Shown here in pieces: positions 63,923 through 64,000 of a stretch of DNA of 64,000 nucleotides. Made by a program: the position numbers and the translations under genes. The stretch lies in the NCBI GenBank assembly GCA_041480845.1, contig JBGPAU010000001.1:5382-69381 (forward strand), read 5' to 3'. How positions within the stretch are numbered: the stretch's first letter is position 1; the number at the start of each line of letters is the position of its first letter. This stretch comes from Patescibacteria group bacterium (GTDB taxonomy: Bacteria; Patescibacteriota; Microgenomatia; UBA8517). The notes beneath the pieces are model-generated. The model had not been told where the DNA came from and did not search any database. It saw nothing but the letters and a program-made list of their open reading frames with translations.

Positions 63923-63996
63923 TGGACGCTGGAGGGCTCGAACCCCCGACCTCATTCACGTCAAGAATGCGCTCTAACCAACTGAGCTAAGCGTCC
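63923..63996 (-). tRNA. tRNA-Val (anticodon GAC).
   Basis: Acceptor GGACGCU, anticodon arm CAUUC-UUGACGU-GAAUG, T-arm GGGGG-UUCGAGC-CCUCC. Confidence 0.8.
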
Positions 63997-64000
63997 AATA

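Noticed and set aside
63679-63985. ORFs 63679-63879 (-) and 63740-63985 (+).
   Set aside because: They cover the tRNA-Val(GAC) gene and its 3'-end repeat copy and have no coding signal.
1-64000. Alternative genetic code, with UAA or UGA reassigned, as suggested by the UUA-anticodon tRNA.
   Set aside because: Long, well-conserved genes terminate on TAA (gatC, eno, dnaE), TGA (uvrB) and TAG at expected lengths, so the standard code fits.

Overview
AT-rich, gene-dense bacterial fragment whose content suggests a small-genome Candidate Phyla Radiation (CPR)-type organism; this is an inference from gene content, not from a search. Standard genetic code is in use: long conserved genes end on TAA, TGA and TAG. 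All tRNA calls below are hand folds.

Gene content:
- Housekeeping genes: gatC-gatA-(MFS transporter)-gatB, dnaE, rplS, ruvC, a holA-like gene, secG, a short trigger factor, and the lower-glycolysis block PGM/PMM-PGI/PMI-PEP synthase-enolase-iPGM.
- Repair/SOS genes: lexA divergent from uvrB-uvrA, a short uvrC, a PolX-PHP polymerase, and a dinB operon.
- Envelope genes: several GT-C-type membrane glycosyltransferases, two GT2 genes, an O-antigen-ligase-like gene, LysM, a transglutaminase-like protein, a LytR_C protein, a C39-like peptidase and two SLT-like paralogues.
- Nineteen tRNA genes, including a dense tRNA island at about 45.9-48.7 kb and 52.6-55.4 kb.

Most notable observations:
- A tRNA-Asp(GUC) gene is split in the anticodon loop by a roughly 217-nt group I intron. 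P1/P10 guide sequence, P/Q/R/S core elements and a terminal G are all visible.
- At least seven tRNA genes are followed 55-600 bp downstream by an orphan direct copy of their own 3' end plus a few flank bases. There are also tRNA 5'-fragment copies and a small tandem hairpin array next to tRNA-Phe. Together these look like scars of repeated tRNA-targeted integration.
- A tRNA pair driven by a strong promoter includes one gene with anticodon UUA (ochre-suppressor-like) and one with a non-canonical anticodon loop.
- A hairpin motif with covarying stem (NTCCTGAGYNNNRTCGAAGGAN) occurs four times: in the lexA/uvrB and dinB divergent promoter regions, inside the group I intron, and just after tRNA-Leu(UAG).
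- An archaeal/eukaryal-type DRG/TGS GTPase is present.
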